A stretch of 64,000 nucleotides of DNA, taken from contig NC_043009.1 of the NCBI RefSeq assembly GCF_006345805.1, positions 55,180,001 to 55,244,000 of the forward strand, in the 5' to 3' direction. The translations under genes were made by a program, and so were the position numbers. This DNA comes from Octopus sinensis (lineage: Eukaryota). The notes under the pieces were generated by a model, which saw only the letters and a list, made by a program, of their open reading frames with translations, searched no databases and was not told the DNA's origin. Of this stretch, positions 50,815-62,872 are shown one piece after another (within the stretch, counting starts at the first letter, position 1; every line of letters starts with the position of its first letter).

Positions 50815-51186
50815 CTAGCAGTATCGCCCGGCGTTGCTCGGGTTTGTAAGGGAAATAACTATAAAGCATTTTTAGAGAGTTATAGCCAAAAAATGGAAAA
50901 AAAATGATGGTAAATTTTTATTTTAGTTAAAAAGGTCGAGTTGCGTCCCCTAGACAGTCTGTGGTTTGTGTTTCTGATTGTCGACCCCATGTCGAATTTA
51001 TCGATTTTTTTCAGAACTGGGGGAACTTTTCAAAATTTTCGCTGCGTTAGTTTTGAATTATAACATTGGGCTATGTGTGTGTCAAGTTTCATCAGAATCG
51101 GTTGAAAGCTGTGGTCAGGGTGAGGGTACAAGCAAACAGACACACAGAAACACGCACAGACAAACTGCCGTTTATATATAGAGAGA
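50815..51186 (-). mobile_element. Non-autonomous Helitron H3 (near-identical to H1)
   Basis: Same sequence as 33882-34254 along its length; hairpin plus CTAG|T 3' end. Confidence 0.85.
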
Positions 51187-51387
51187 AGAGATAAATACTG
51201 GCTCTTCCCCGCGCTTGAACTGGAAATGCTCAAATATGAGCTGGAAATTGAAGTCAATTGTGAAATAAAAAATTATAATAAATAAGGGGTGATAAATTAT
51301 CTGATTTTTACTTGTTGGCAGAGCGATCACCGAAGGCATGTGGCTTATGTGAAGTGATTGTACAATGAAGGGACTAAAATGGGGAAA

Positions 51388-51782
51388 TCTATATATATAA
51401 AAGTGAAGTTGTGTGTCTGTCTCCTACGATTTAGATTCCTAACTACTCCCACATTTTGCGGTGCAGTGTAACCAAAACCGGGTATCTTATAGTCGTGATT
51501 CATATCGAGCCCTTCTGGGTATTAGCGCGCGTCTACGATGAGTCTACGATTTAAAAAAAATTACCATCATTTTTTCCATTTTAATGCATTTTTTCGCTAT
51601 TATATAAGGGAAGTAACTCTCTAAAAATGTCTACGATGAATCAACGATTTAAAAAAAAAATTACCATCATTTTTTTTCCATTTTTAATGCATTTTTTTGC
51701 TATTTTTTGGCTATAACTCTCTAAAAATGCTTATATAGTTATTTCCCTTACAAACCCGAGCAACGCCGGGCGATGCTGCTAG
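51388..51782 (+). mobile_element. Non-autonomous Helitron H4 (3' half as in H1/H3, different 5' half, internal tandem duplication of about 95 bp)
   Basis: A|TCTATATATATAAAAGTGAAG..cccgagcaacgccgggcgatgctg CTAG|T. Confidence 0.85.
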
Positions 51783-52433
51783 TGTATAATAAAAAAAAAA
51801 AGCGAAATTCCTTTTTGAATTTAAAGCAAATAGATTTGGTAAGTGCAAAACTGTATTAGCACCTTAAATCTAATGTTTCAACTGCTGTTTACCACAGGTT
51901 CACCCCCACACCATCAAATTTTATCTATAACAAAAGATATGACCATCTTTTCTTTCCATTTTTCGAGTCTGGTATGTCTTGGACAACATTATGTCTTTCT
52001 TTTTAAGACAGCACGGTGTTATTTGAGAGAGATTCAGCTACTATTTCTACCATGTTGAGCGATTACATAAAGACTCGCCTAAGTGTGATTTACATACACC
52101 AGTGTTTTTCTATCTTGACTACGTATCAATCCTTCTGTCTGGAGACAGGTAGACTTTCGTAGTCTTAGATTAATAACTTCAATGACATCCAGGATGCTGT
52201 ATAATAAAAATATTAAACTGACCCGTTACTTCTTGTAACCATCTTTCATACATTGTACATGTAAGATGGATGATGGACAAAATGAAATAATCTGCACTAA
52301 ATATATAAGAAAAAAGAAAATAAATATTCGCTGTTTAGTAAACTGAAATCAAATAAGTTATACAGAGCAATAATGCCCAATGCATTTAGTGAATACTGTG
52401 AACGTTCTGTTCTTGTGTTTGACGGCAGGTAAA

Positions 52434-52832
52434 TCTCTCTATTTATATAAAGCTGAAGTTGTCTGTGTATGGCAGGTTTGGTGGCCTTCAAATAACACTA
52501 TCTCCTCCGAGACCAAAATTGGTGCAAGTTGACCAAAATTGAGAACATGATAGAAGAAGGCTTGCTCTTCATTCTGTAGTAGATAAAATTCAAATCGGAC
52601 CAAGTTAAGACCAAAATTATTTACGTCAAAAAGGTGCTTTTTTTCTATGAAAATCCCTACTTTTTACGATCTTTTGACTGCTGTGTTGCCCTTTTTCCGG
52701 TGTATTTCAACCAGAAAAATGTTCATTTAAGGAGAATAAGCTACATAATGCAAAATGTTTACTTTTCAAAAATCCCAATTCTAAAGGGTCGAAAAGAAAA
52801 CAAGCCCAAGCAATGCTGGGCTATATTGCTAG
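52434..52832 (+). mobile_element. Non-autonomous Helitron H5
   Basis: A|TCTCTCTATTTATATAAAGCTGAAGTTG..gcccaagcaatgctgggc(hairpin)tatattg CTAG|T. Confidence 0.8.
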
Positions 52833-53049
52833 TTTCTGTTGAATACGTTTTCAATAGAATGAAGTGCCATGTCTCTTCTAATGTAATTGTGTGCTATGGA
52901 TCGTTGGGATCAACTGTGTGTGTGTCACGAGTGTTTAGTTTTCACCCCACAAAAATCAACGCCTTGTTAAATGAATCAGCGATGAATGAACAGAACATTA
53001 TGGAGAAAAATAGGTTTCGTTCTGCGACCCCCAAGTTGCGTTTCTAACT

Positions 53050-53460
53050 TGCCCAAACAACATTTCCAAACAGTTTTTAAACATGATATTGTTTCATAGT
53101 TCGAGAAATATTTAGGGTAGTATTAAATAAGATATGATTAGTAAATAATAACAGATAAAACGGGGGAAAATATTTTTTGTTCATTGGTGGCATGTTGATG
53201 TGTACGTGTACGTAAGTCCGCATGAAAAAAAAATACACACACCCGCTGCACGGTGATCCCGAGTCATAGTAATTAGTGCATTCTGTATGGCTGAGTATTG
53301 TGGATGGTCGGAGGGCGCGCTTGCGGGCCAAGCAGAATCTTTAACTGATCGCTGATCCATGTTATTACAGATCAATTCGTGATAGGCGTGCATGGTTCAC
53401 AGTTGAGTGTAAAGTGTTATCCTTGATTCGTGCAGAATGAATCAGTGATAAACGAGGATA
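53050..53460. promoter_or_regulatory. CpG/GC-rich island-like segment, probable promoter or first exon
   Basis: ggtcggagggcgcgcttgcgggcc, cacacccgctgcacggtgatcccgag; strong + donor tac|gtaagt near 53212. The gene it belongs to was not identified. Confidence 0.45.
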
Positions 53461-53481
53461 TGTGTGTGTGTATATATGTAT

Positions 53482-53534
<53 letters not shown>

Positions 53535-53536
<2 letters not shown>

Positions 53537-53789
53537 AGCATACCTCGACTTACGTCGGTAATTGACTCTAATACCTGCAGCTTAACTCGCTTTCACGTGA
53601 TGTTGCACTTTGCTATTGGATTTTTAGGTGTTTTAAAATTTTTCATGCTTTTAAATATGTTCGCTGAGACGGATAAATCGAGTGAAGTTGAGATTTAGTT
53701 TTACCATTTACTTCTTAAACAATAATAAAAATAAACGAAGTGAAGTCGAAAAAGACGTAACTCGAAACAACGTAAGTTGAGATATGCAC
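53535..53789. mobile_element. Tigger/pogo-like MITE inserted in a TA repeat
   Basis: Terminal inverted repeats caagcatacctcgacttacg / cgtaagttgagatatgcac; TA flanks. Confidence 0.65.
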
Positions 53790-53826
<37 letters not shown>

Positions 53827-55248
53827 CCACCATCTTATACCTACAAATTTAGAAGGAAAAACTCCTTGACAGGTACTTAAGTTTATCGTTCCCAGAGGAG
53901 GGATGGAAAGTAAAATTGATCTGGGTCGGGTGTGAACTCGGAATGTAAAGCTTCATGACTAAATAGCGCTCGCAGATTTTCTAATGTTCTTAATGCTTCT
54001 ACCATTCGATTCAATCAATAAATATATCAAGCTTGGAGAATGTGTATTGTATTTTCTTCAACACTGTGTTCTACTTCTTTGTTTATGCTGTAACTTTATT
54101 ACATCTTTTTCTATTCATATTTTCAGAATTCTATCAATTGTGGTGGTATTGGCCTAAATACAAAGATTTTTTTTTTATTATCCGTAACTAACCTAATTTC
54201 ATGCTCTATTTTTCAGGCTATTCTTACAAAACATTACGTTAATTTTTATTTTTCTCTTTTAGTGTATCAATGTTTTTACTGACTATATTCACATTCCTCG
54301 CTTACTTTAAGGACAAAAGCACGTAAATTTGAGCAATTTAAATCTTGTGAAAATATGAGGAAAAGTCGGAAGTCTATTAAGAAAAAAAAATCTGAAAATA
54401 CGATTAAGAAAGCTGCTATTTGAGGACTTTTTGATAACCAAAAATGTAAAAGTAAATCCTTTTCGTTGAGTCAACAGAGGTTTCTTGTGGTTGATAGGAT
54501 TGCTAGAAATAGCAACTAAATCTCATCTTTAAAAAGAAATGACAATGAATAAATGTAGTCCTAGATACACTGGAAAAATATACAGATAGGTGAGACGATC
54601 ACTGCTAGAATGCGTTTGATCGTAGGTTCACAGGATGAAGACTGATCTGGGGTATGACGTCAGCTGCAAGTTAACTTCAGATCAAGCCTGATCGATCAGA
54701 CCTATAATGGAATCGCTAGGGTGATGGGTTAAAGCGCCATCCCCTTCCAAAAAGGTAAGAGAATAGAATAATTAGTAACTAGCGAGACTCGTGAATATTT
54801 CACAAAATTAACGGTAGACATACTGGGTTATTTCTGAAAATTTTATCTCAAAAACCTGAAAGCATAGCCTGTGTTTTGTCTGTATGGAAAGATAGTCGCT
54901 CATCTGCTACTCATTGAAAAGTGAAAGAAAGTGGAATACGATGATTACTTAATGCACTTTATATATACACTTTATATACTTTATGCACAATCTTATAGAC
55001 TTAATACACTGCACTCACCCAATAAATATTCACTCTTATTTTTCTACTTTACCCATAAACAACAAGAAATATCCCATACATATGATACAACCTTTAGTTA
55101 AATTGCTTTTATCCATCACGTAAATACGAATAAATATTTCACAGAATTGCACTTATGCATATAGGTGATAGCTGATATAAAAAAAAACTTGGTTCAATTT
55201 AAAACAAATACACTTTTCACTATTCAATCACCACCTCAATCTCTCCCT

Positions 55249-55284
<36 letters not shown>

Positions 55285-57098
55285 CCCTCTCTCTGCCTTT
55301 CTTTAACCTCACCTCTGTGAAAATTATATTTTTTATCTCTCCTCCTCTACCTTCAACTAACTTTTTTAACCATGTAATAAATATTACGTTCCCCCTACCA
55401 CACATCATGGACGCTTCTCTCTCCCTCTTTCTGTCTCACTCTTCGCCTTATCCTCAATTTCTCTCCTTTTTTCTCCTCGCTTTCCTTTCAACTAATCACG
55501 TGAAAGCGTTACAATTACATTCCTTCTACCTCATGTCATGGATGCTTCTCTCTCCCTCTTTTTCTTAATCACATGAAAACATTACTACAGACTAAGTAAA
55601 ACAATGACAAGCAGAATTATTATAAGACTAACTGGCCCCGTGCCATCAAAAATGACGGCTAACTGTAGTATTTTATATATAAATAAGGACAAAAGATAGA
55701 ATATCGATGGTAATTCTAATTAATACACTTGTCAATGTTATCTAGTGGTTGTCTTTTGAGATGTGATATTGATCATTGTTTTTTACTGAAAGAACACTGG
55801 TTCACACATACAAACATTCACATACTTTCCTTGTACATGTACACACATACTCACACAGGGTTGAAACGCTGTTTGATTTTTCTTTTCAGCATTGAACGTT
55901 CACCATTTCACTTCCATTGCATACACACGTGCACCCACACACAGAGTTGAAACACTGTTCGATTCTTTTTTCACCATAGAATTTTCATCATCCCACTACC
56001 AAGTTTGCCATCATCCCTTCCTTCTTCATTCATCTATCACCCTTTCCTTTCTCATTCATGTATTGTGACAGAGAAAAACATGAGTATTATTATAGTAGAT
56101 GTTTAAAAATGCTAAGGTGGCAGTTCATATTTTCTTACGTCTGGTGAATGACAGTGATGGGGAAGCACTATTATTGCTTTAATCTACTGCATAATATTCA
56201 AAGAAAACAAGTTTGTTTACTGAAGGATTAGTAAATAAACTATTGCACTCATAAGGCAAGTGTAATAGTTGATCAGTGGACTTTAAGATTAGCTATAATT
56301 ACTAATCTTGTGATGAAGGAAAAGAGCAAGGGATTGCATGATGCTTTCCTTCTCAGAAAGAAATTTTTGGGCATAACTTTACAAGTGTGACCTGCCATTT
56401 TTGTTTCTTCATTACTTTCAGGAAAATGGATATTCTAATGAAATTTTATACAAATACCTTTCAGGTGGTGTAGATTTTGATTATATTGGGATGTAATGTT
56501 AAAAAACAAAAACAAATTCATAGCTGCGCATTGTCACCATCATTCGACATCTGCTTTTCCATGCTTGCATGGGTCAGACAGACTTTGTTGAGGTGAAATT
56601 TCTACAGCCAGATGCCCTTCCTGTCCTCAATCCTCACATGCTTCCAAGCAAGGTCGTATTTCTCATGGTCAGATATATTTAGCACACAAGCCTGATGCTC
56701 ATTTACAACTATCACATGATGTCAAAACAAGGGTACATACAAACACATACATATGTATGTGTGTTTATATATATATATAGAGAGAGAGAGGTTATGAGAG
56801 CTAATGGTGTTAATAAGACCCAAATGTATCAGATAATGCTGAATAAGTGCTGATATGGACCATGATAGAGTATAGGGTATATTTGTATTTTTGAGATGAT
56901 GTATGTGGTTGGTGAGTGTTGTAGATTTACTATGTTTATCGTACCTAAAAGAATGGAGGTGAGCAGCTTATCATTGCTTAAAATTTTTGGTTGATCCTAT
57001 ATATATGGTTGTAGAGTTGTATTTGTAAATTACATTATATCTTCACAGCCTTGGTTTTTTTATCCCATTCTGAAAAAAAAAATTTATATAGGTGCTAT

Positions 57099-57264
57099 AG
57101 GCGAAGGAGTGGCTGTGTGGTAAGTAGCTTGTTTACCAACCACATGGTTCCGGGTTCAGTCCCACTGCGTGGCACCTCGGGCAAGTGTCTTCCACTATAG
57201 CCTCGGGCCAACCAAAACCTTGTGAGTAGATTTGGTAGACGGAAACTGAAAGAAGCCTGTCGTA

Positions 57265-57315
<51 letters not shown>

Positions 57316-57510
57316 TTGTTCCCCTAGCATTGCTTGACAACCGATGCTGGTGTGTTTATGTCCCCGTGACTTAGCGGTTCGGCAAAAAGTGACCGATAGA
57401 ATAAGTACTGAGCTTACAAAAAGAATAAGTCCTGGGGTCGAGTTGCTCGACTAAAGGCGGTGCTCCAGCATGGCTGCAGTCAAATGACTGAAACAAGTAA
57501 AAGAGTAAAA
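57099..57510 (+). mobile_element. tRNA-headed SINE family A, full-length, young
   Basis: A-box tggctgtgtggt, B-box gggttcagtccc, core ggcacctcgggcaagtgtct, internal (TA)n(TG)n, tail gactgaaacaagtaaaagag. Confidence 0.9.
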
Positions 57511-58299
57511 TAAAAGAGAGAGAGTATATATATATATATATGACAAGCTTCTTTCAGGTTCTACCTACCAAACCCACTAGCCTACTCACAAAATTTTTTT
57601 TTATTTTTTGTCAGCTTGGACATATAATGGAAGTATTTTGGTAGATGGAAGTATTTTCAGAATGACATTGTAGGGTATGTATGAGAGGCCAGATCTGGCC
57701 AATTTGAACAGAACACAGAATATTTTGGCCAGGTTTAGCCAGTTTAAATGCTGAAGGGTTAATTAATTCTCTGATTATTTTTCTATATCACAAAGAACAA
57801 TAGAGAAAGTAAATCTGATAGCAGTTGTAAAATTTGCTTCATTAATTGAGAATAAGTAAAAGAATTCCAGCCAATTCCATTTGGTTTGATGCTAAATGGA
57901 TTTGAATTATACAGTTTTATAATTACAACTGTTTTTCTCTCTTAGAACAATATTTTGTAATTAATATTTTATTATGCGTACGTTACAAATTTTAATCAAC
58001 ATTATCCCAAACCTTTCAGGCATAAAATAATACAGAAAACAGTTGCAGAGAAATTGGTTTTTTTTTTTTGCTTTTTGTTTCTTTTTTTTTTTTTCATGCT
58101 TGTGGTTACAGTTGATATCTTTTCATATTGATTTACATTTGAACACGTAAATTTAAAAGAATGAACTTTAGCAAATGTTCCAACCATTTTCACAATGTTG
58201 CTAACTGTAATTTATATTAGTCTCACCACCACAACCACCAGTTAAAAAAAAAAAAGCTTCACAGCACCTTCTATGATTAAATGCATTCCAACAATAACC

Positions 58300-59070
58300 A
58301 TGTTGTTACTGTATGGTTAAGGAGCTTGCTTCCCAACCATGTGGTATCAGGTTCAGTCCCACCACATGGCTCCCTGGATAAGTGTTTTCTACTATAGCCC
58401 CAGGCTAACCAAAGCTTTGTGAGTGAATTTGGCTGACGGTAACTGAAAGAAGCCTCTGTGTGTGTGTGTGTGTATCCTTATCGTGATATCATGTGAATTG
58501 TTGTAAACAAGCATCACCATCATACAAGTGGTGTTATTCATTTCAAGTGTCCCATAGCAAAACATGGCTGGCAAACGGAGAAATATTGTCTTGCCTAGAA
58601 AGAGGTGGAGATTAGCAACAGGAAGGGCATCCAGTGTAGAAAATCTGCCTCAACAAACTCTGTATGACCCACGCAAGCATGGGAAAGTGATTGTTTAATG
58701 ATGATAGTTGTGGTGTTAGTATATGTAAGTGTAGGCATAGCCATGTGGTAAGAAGCTTGTTTCCCCAAACACTTGGTTCCAGGTTCAGTTCCACTGCAAG
58801 TGCCTCCTTCTATAGCCTTGTGCTGACCAAAGCCTTGTCAGTGGATTTGATAGATGGAATCTGAAAGAAGCCCATCGTGTGTGTGTGTGTCCATGTCCCA
58901 CTAATGCTTGATAAGCTGTATATGTCCTGTAACTTAGTGGTTCAGCAAAAACGGCTGATAGAATAAGTACCAGGCTTTTGAAAAAAGTAAGTACTGGAGT
59001 TGATTCATTTAACTAAAAATTCTTCAATGCAGTGCCCAGCATGGCCACAGTTTAATGACTGACACAAATA
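58300..59070 (+). mobile_element. Two tandem SINE family A copies; the first (58300-58705) ends in an RTE-like tail
   Basis: Heads at about 58305 and 58735; the first copy ends ..ggaagggcatccagtgtagaaaatctgcc..gcaagcatgggaaagtgattgtttaatgatgat. Confidence 0.75.
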
Positions 59071-60282
59071 ATATATAAAAGGACATTATCCAATATGTCT
59101 TCTCTTCTCTCTTCTTTTTCTTTTTTTTTTTTTTGAGAGAGAGAGAGAGAGACTAAGATATGATCTGAGGGAGATTTGGCAGATATTTCTAGGACATAGT
59201 CTTCCTTGATTCATCTTGGTTTTATGAAGCACTGACAAAAGCTATTAATTACATATCTGACTGTCTCTTCCTTTCTATTTTTTTCAACATTACAAATTAA
59301 TGACAAGAGTTAAATAAAGATTAAATGAAAGCTATTTCTGTTGTATTTTATATACAGAAACAGAATATCTTAGCAACATTTGCTGTTTTTCCAACTTAAC
59401 GTGCTGCAACATGTTTTGTTGTTTTGCTAAAAGTTTAAACACAATGCGTCTGCTTGTTCAGAATTGTTATTTAATTCCTGTTGAACTCTGATCTAGTGAC
59501 CTGTCAGCAAATGTGGTCAGACATGGCTATTCCATCTATCTTTTTTTCTTCACATAGCATATCTAGGACTACATTATCCAATTTCTCTTTTCTTTTATGG
59601 CATAGTAGGTTGTGATTTTTTGTGAGAAATTTGGCTGCTATTTCTTGCAAATCATACAGCCACATAAGCTAAGGTCAAGGAAACTGCCTGAAAAAAAAAG
59701 ACACTTTAAACCTTTAGCAGTTAAACTGACCATATCTGGGCCCAAAATATTCTACTTGCTCTATATTAAAACTTGCCAGATCTGACCTCTTGCTTCTACC
59801 AAACAATGTCCTTCAAAACATAACAATCATATCATTGAAATCTTAAAAGCCCGGTATAATGCGTGATTAATTCAAAACCATGTGAATAAATAAGCATTAC
59901 ATTTGACAGAATAATCTGAATGTTAAAGTGTTAAGACTCTCAGACCAAGAAGAATTTACTATTTCTCTCAGTTCAAATGTTCCTCAATACGTTCTTGTAC
60001 TTGTAAAGGTTCTCCACTCTGGATTTAAAGATTCCTCTGTTGGCTTGCTGTATGTGTTTGTATGGTCTAACTACGACCATGCTGGGACACTTCCGCGAAG
60101 GATTTTTAGTTGAATGAAGTGACCCTTATTACTTAACCTGGTACTTTTGCATTGTTTTAGTCTCTTCAAAATGACGCCACCCTGCTGGCTGGGCAAACTG
60201 GCTAACATTCCCCCACCGATTGAAAGGGGACAATACAAAGACAGACAGGACAGCACAGTGGGGACAAAAACATAAAGCGAAT

Positions 60283-60590
60283 CATCATCATCATCGTTTA
60301 ACGTCCGTTCTCCATGCTAGCGTGGGTTGGACAGTTCGACCGGGGATCTGGGAAGCCAGAAGGCTGCACCAGGCTCCGGTCTTATCTGGCAATGTTTCTA
60401 CAGCTGGATGCCCTTCCTAACGCCAACTACTCCATGAGTGTAGTGGGTGCTTTTTACGTGCCACCTGTACTGGTGCCAGGCGAGGCTGGCATCAGCCACG
60501 GTTGGATTGGTGCATTTTACGTGCCACCTGCACGGAAGCCAGTCGAGGCGGCACTGGCTTCGGCCACGATTCGGATGGTGCTTTTTGAAA
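60283..60590 (-). mobile_element. RTE 3' UTR copy, young
   Basis: catcatcatcatcgtttaacgtccgttctccatgctagcgtggg.. with CpGs largely retained. Confidence 0.85.
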
Positions 60591-60825
60591 AATGAAAATA
60601 TGTACAATGAAATTGATGAAGATGAAATGGTTGCATGCACCCCACTCACATGCAGTACCATTTAAACATTCTTACTGTCCATTTTATAATCCATGTTTTT
60701 AGTCTCTTTGCATCTTAAGTTTTACTTTTTTTTTTCTTTTTTTTTTCAGAAACATAAGTTACTCCTTTTTAAAAATTCCTTTTATATACAGCCTTAATCC
60801 GTTTAGTTCAACCACTGATGGTAGT

Positions 60826-61600
60826 TCGCCTTTCTCGCCACACAAATAACATCTGGGAGGCCTGCCCTCCACCACTACTCTCAGTCTCGCATCTTCTGGT
60901 AGAATGATTTCTTCTGGGATCTTGATGCTATCACTATCAGTTATCTGAAGTAACATCTCATTCCCCTATCCCCACCAGTCCACCTTTCTCGTTCTTGTCA
61001 CTCTTAGTATCCTGGCATCTTCTTCCATATTGTGTTATCTCGCTGCAACCAGCCATGTCTCCTCTAATTCTGGTGGTATTTTTCCTACCCTCATTCAGAC
61101 AACTCTTCTGCCACAGTAAGTTGGTAGGAAAACCTGCTCTTCCGATTTTATGGCATCAGTGGAGTGTAATATGGCTTTGAAATCGCTATCGAAAAATGCA
61201 CCCCCACTGTGCCATATTTTCTTTCTCTTGTTATAAATGTCATCTTTCTTTTAATTACTTATAAACTCTTCTCAGTTTCTTCAATTGGTGCTATTTCAAT
61301 TTTCTTCAATGATACTTTCAAAGTTTTATAAATTATGGTCTGTCACTTTACACCATATATTACATCTATTACATCGAGTGGAGGCATCAATTTTAGATTG
61401 CGGCCTTCTTTTTCTAAAAGGTTGCTGCATTCCTTCAACCTTACCGGCTCGATTTTTTTCACTTCTCATACTTCCAAATCCTGGACTTCAACACCTTTTC
61501 CAGTTGCAGTCGCATAACTGTGGCTCTTGGATGGTGGTTCAGCTTGCATAGCACTTCTTGTTGGTTCTCCCATAAATGGGAAGAAAAATAACAGTTCAAA
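60826..61600 (-). mobile_element. Decayed L1/Tx1-like ORF1 (RRM-like region plus truncated zinc knuckle)
   Basis: FLPTYCGRRVV*MRVGKIPPELEETWLVAAR*..ARILRVTRTRKVDWWG*..IKIPEEIILPEDARLRVVVEGRPPRCYLCGEKG, in one frame with stops; cut at the CX2CX4H knuckle. Confidence 0.6.
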
Positions 61601-61709
61601 AAATACTCGTGAGAGCAAACAGCAATTTGAACCAGGAAACAAACATGGTACACCCACAAGGGGAGACCTCCAACAACAAAATATCACACTTCTTCAAACA
61701 AAATTATAA

Positions 61710-62872
61710 TGTTAAGTTAAATAGGTAAACAGTTTTTCATGCTGCAATGTAAGGTCAGGGTGAAGTCCATTGTCAAAATGGGGGAAGCTAGGTGTTATTA
61801 GACAAAACTGGGAAACCATAACAAATTGGCTAGACTTTGGCAAACCTTTATAAGCAGAGATAACTGTACCCCTCCCCTCAGTTTTTGTGACAGTCTTTTC
61901 TCTGAGACAAAGTTGTTCAATTGGATTCTGGAAGCTTTGATTCCCTGTTTAGTTTATGTACATTGTGCTTTGTGTTAGGCACTTAGGAACTTATTTTATG
62001 CTCCAGGAATTTGCCAGAACTTTTGTCAGATTTAAAATAATTTCCGGGTCACATCTGGGTGAGTGAAGAAAAAAATCTCTCAAGTTATGCTATGTCATAA
62101 TATTTATGTAAATTTTGAACCCTGCATTTATGGCAGGTTGTGTAGTAATTTTGCTAGCTATTTTCTGTTAAGTTAAATGTTAAAATTTGTGTAAATAGCT
62201 AAAGGGTGTATGAATTTAATTTTTCCATGTAGCCAATTTTTGTATTAGACAACTAACTGTAAATTTGGTCTAATGGTTACTCAACATGCTTGTATGAAGC
62301 AATTTTGTGTGAATTTAAAGCAAACTAGATTTTTGTTTGACTATTCAATTTTTACTATAATTATTGATGTTGTCTGACAGCCATTTTGTTATGAACTCTT
62401 AGTTTAACTGGTTGCTTTGATTTATTTATATTTAGGTCCAAGGTTCGAAATCCAGTTTGAAATCCAAGGTTCAAAACCCGAATTTGTACTAAAATAGAAA
62501 TCCAGATTTTATGAAATCTAAATTTTCGGAATCCATATTTTTTGTGTGAAGCCAATTTTGGTGAAACCAAAATTTGTGAATCCACAGTTATGGATCCAAG
62601 TTTGTGAAATCAAGTTGGTGAAGCCGGGATTCTAAGTCCGAATTTCTGAACTGTTTATATATGTTACCTTTGTAAATATTTTGACTGCACATCTAGTGTG
62701 CTATTGGTTTATTTTTGTTCATATATATTTGTTTTGTATGTGGGCTGTTTTTTTTTTATGCTGAGAATTGTTAATAATATTTTACAAAAGACTTTGTGGT
62801 TTGTTGTTGTTTTGGGTCCACCCTATCCTTGTTGATTTTGTAAATTCAGGTTATGGCCACCAGGTCGTAACA
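61710..62872 (+). mobile_element. Possible solo LTR
   Basis: TG(ttaag)..ggtcgtaaCA ends, internal TATAAG and a short-period repeat tract; no clean TSD. Confidence 0.3.
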
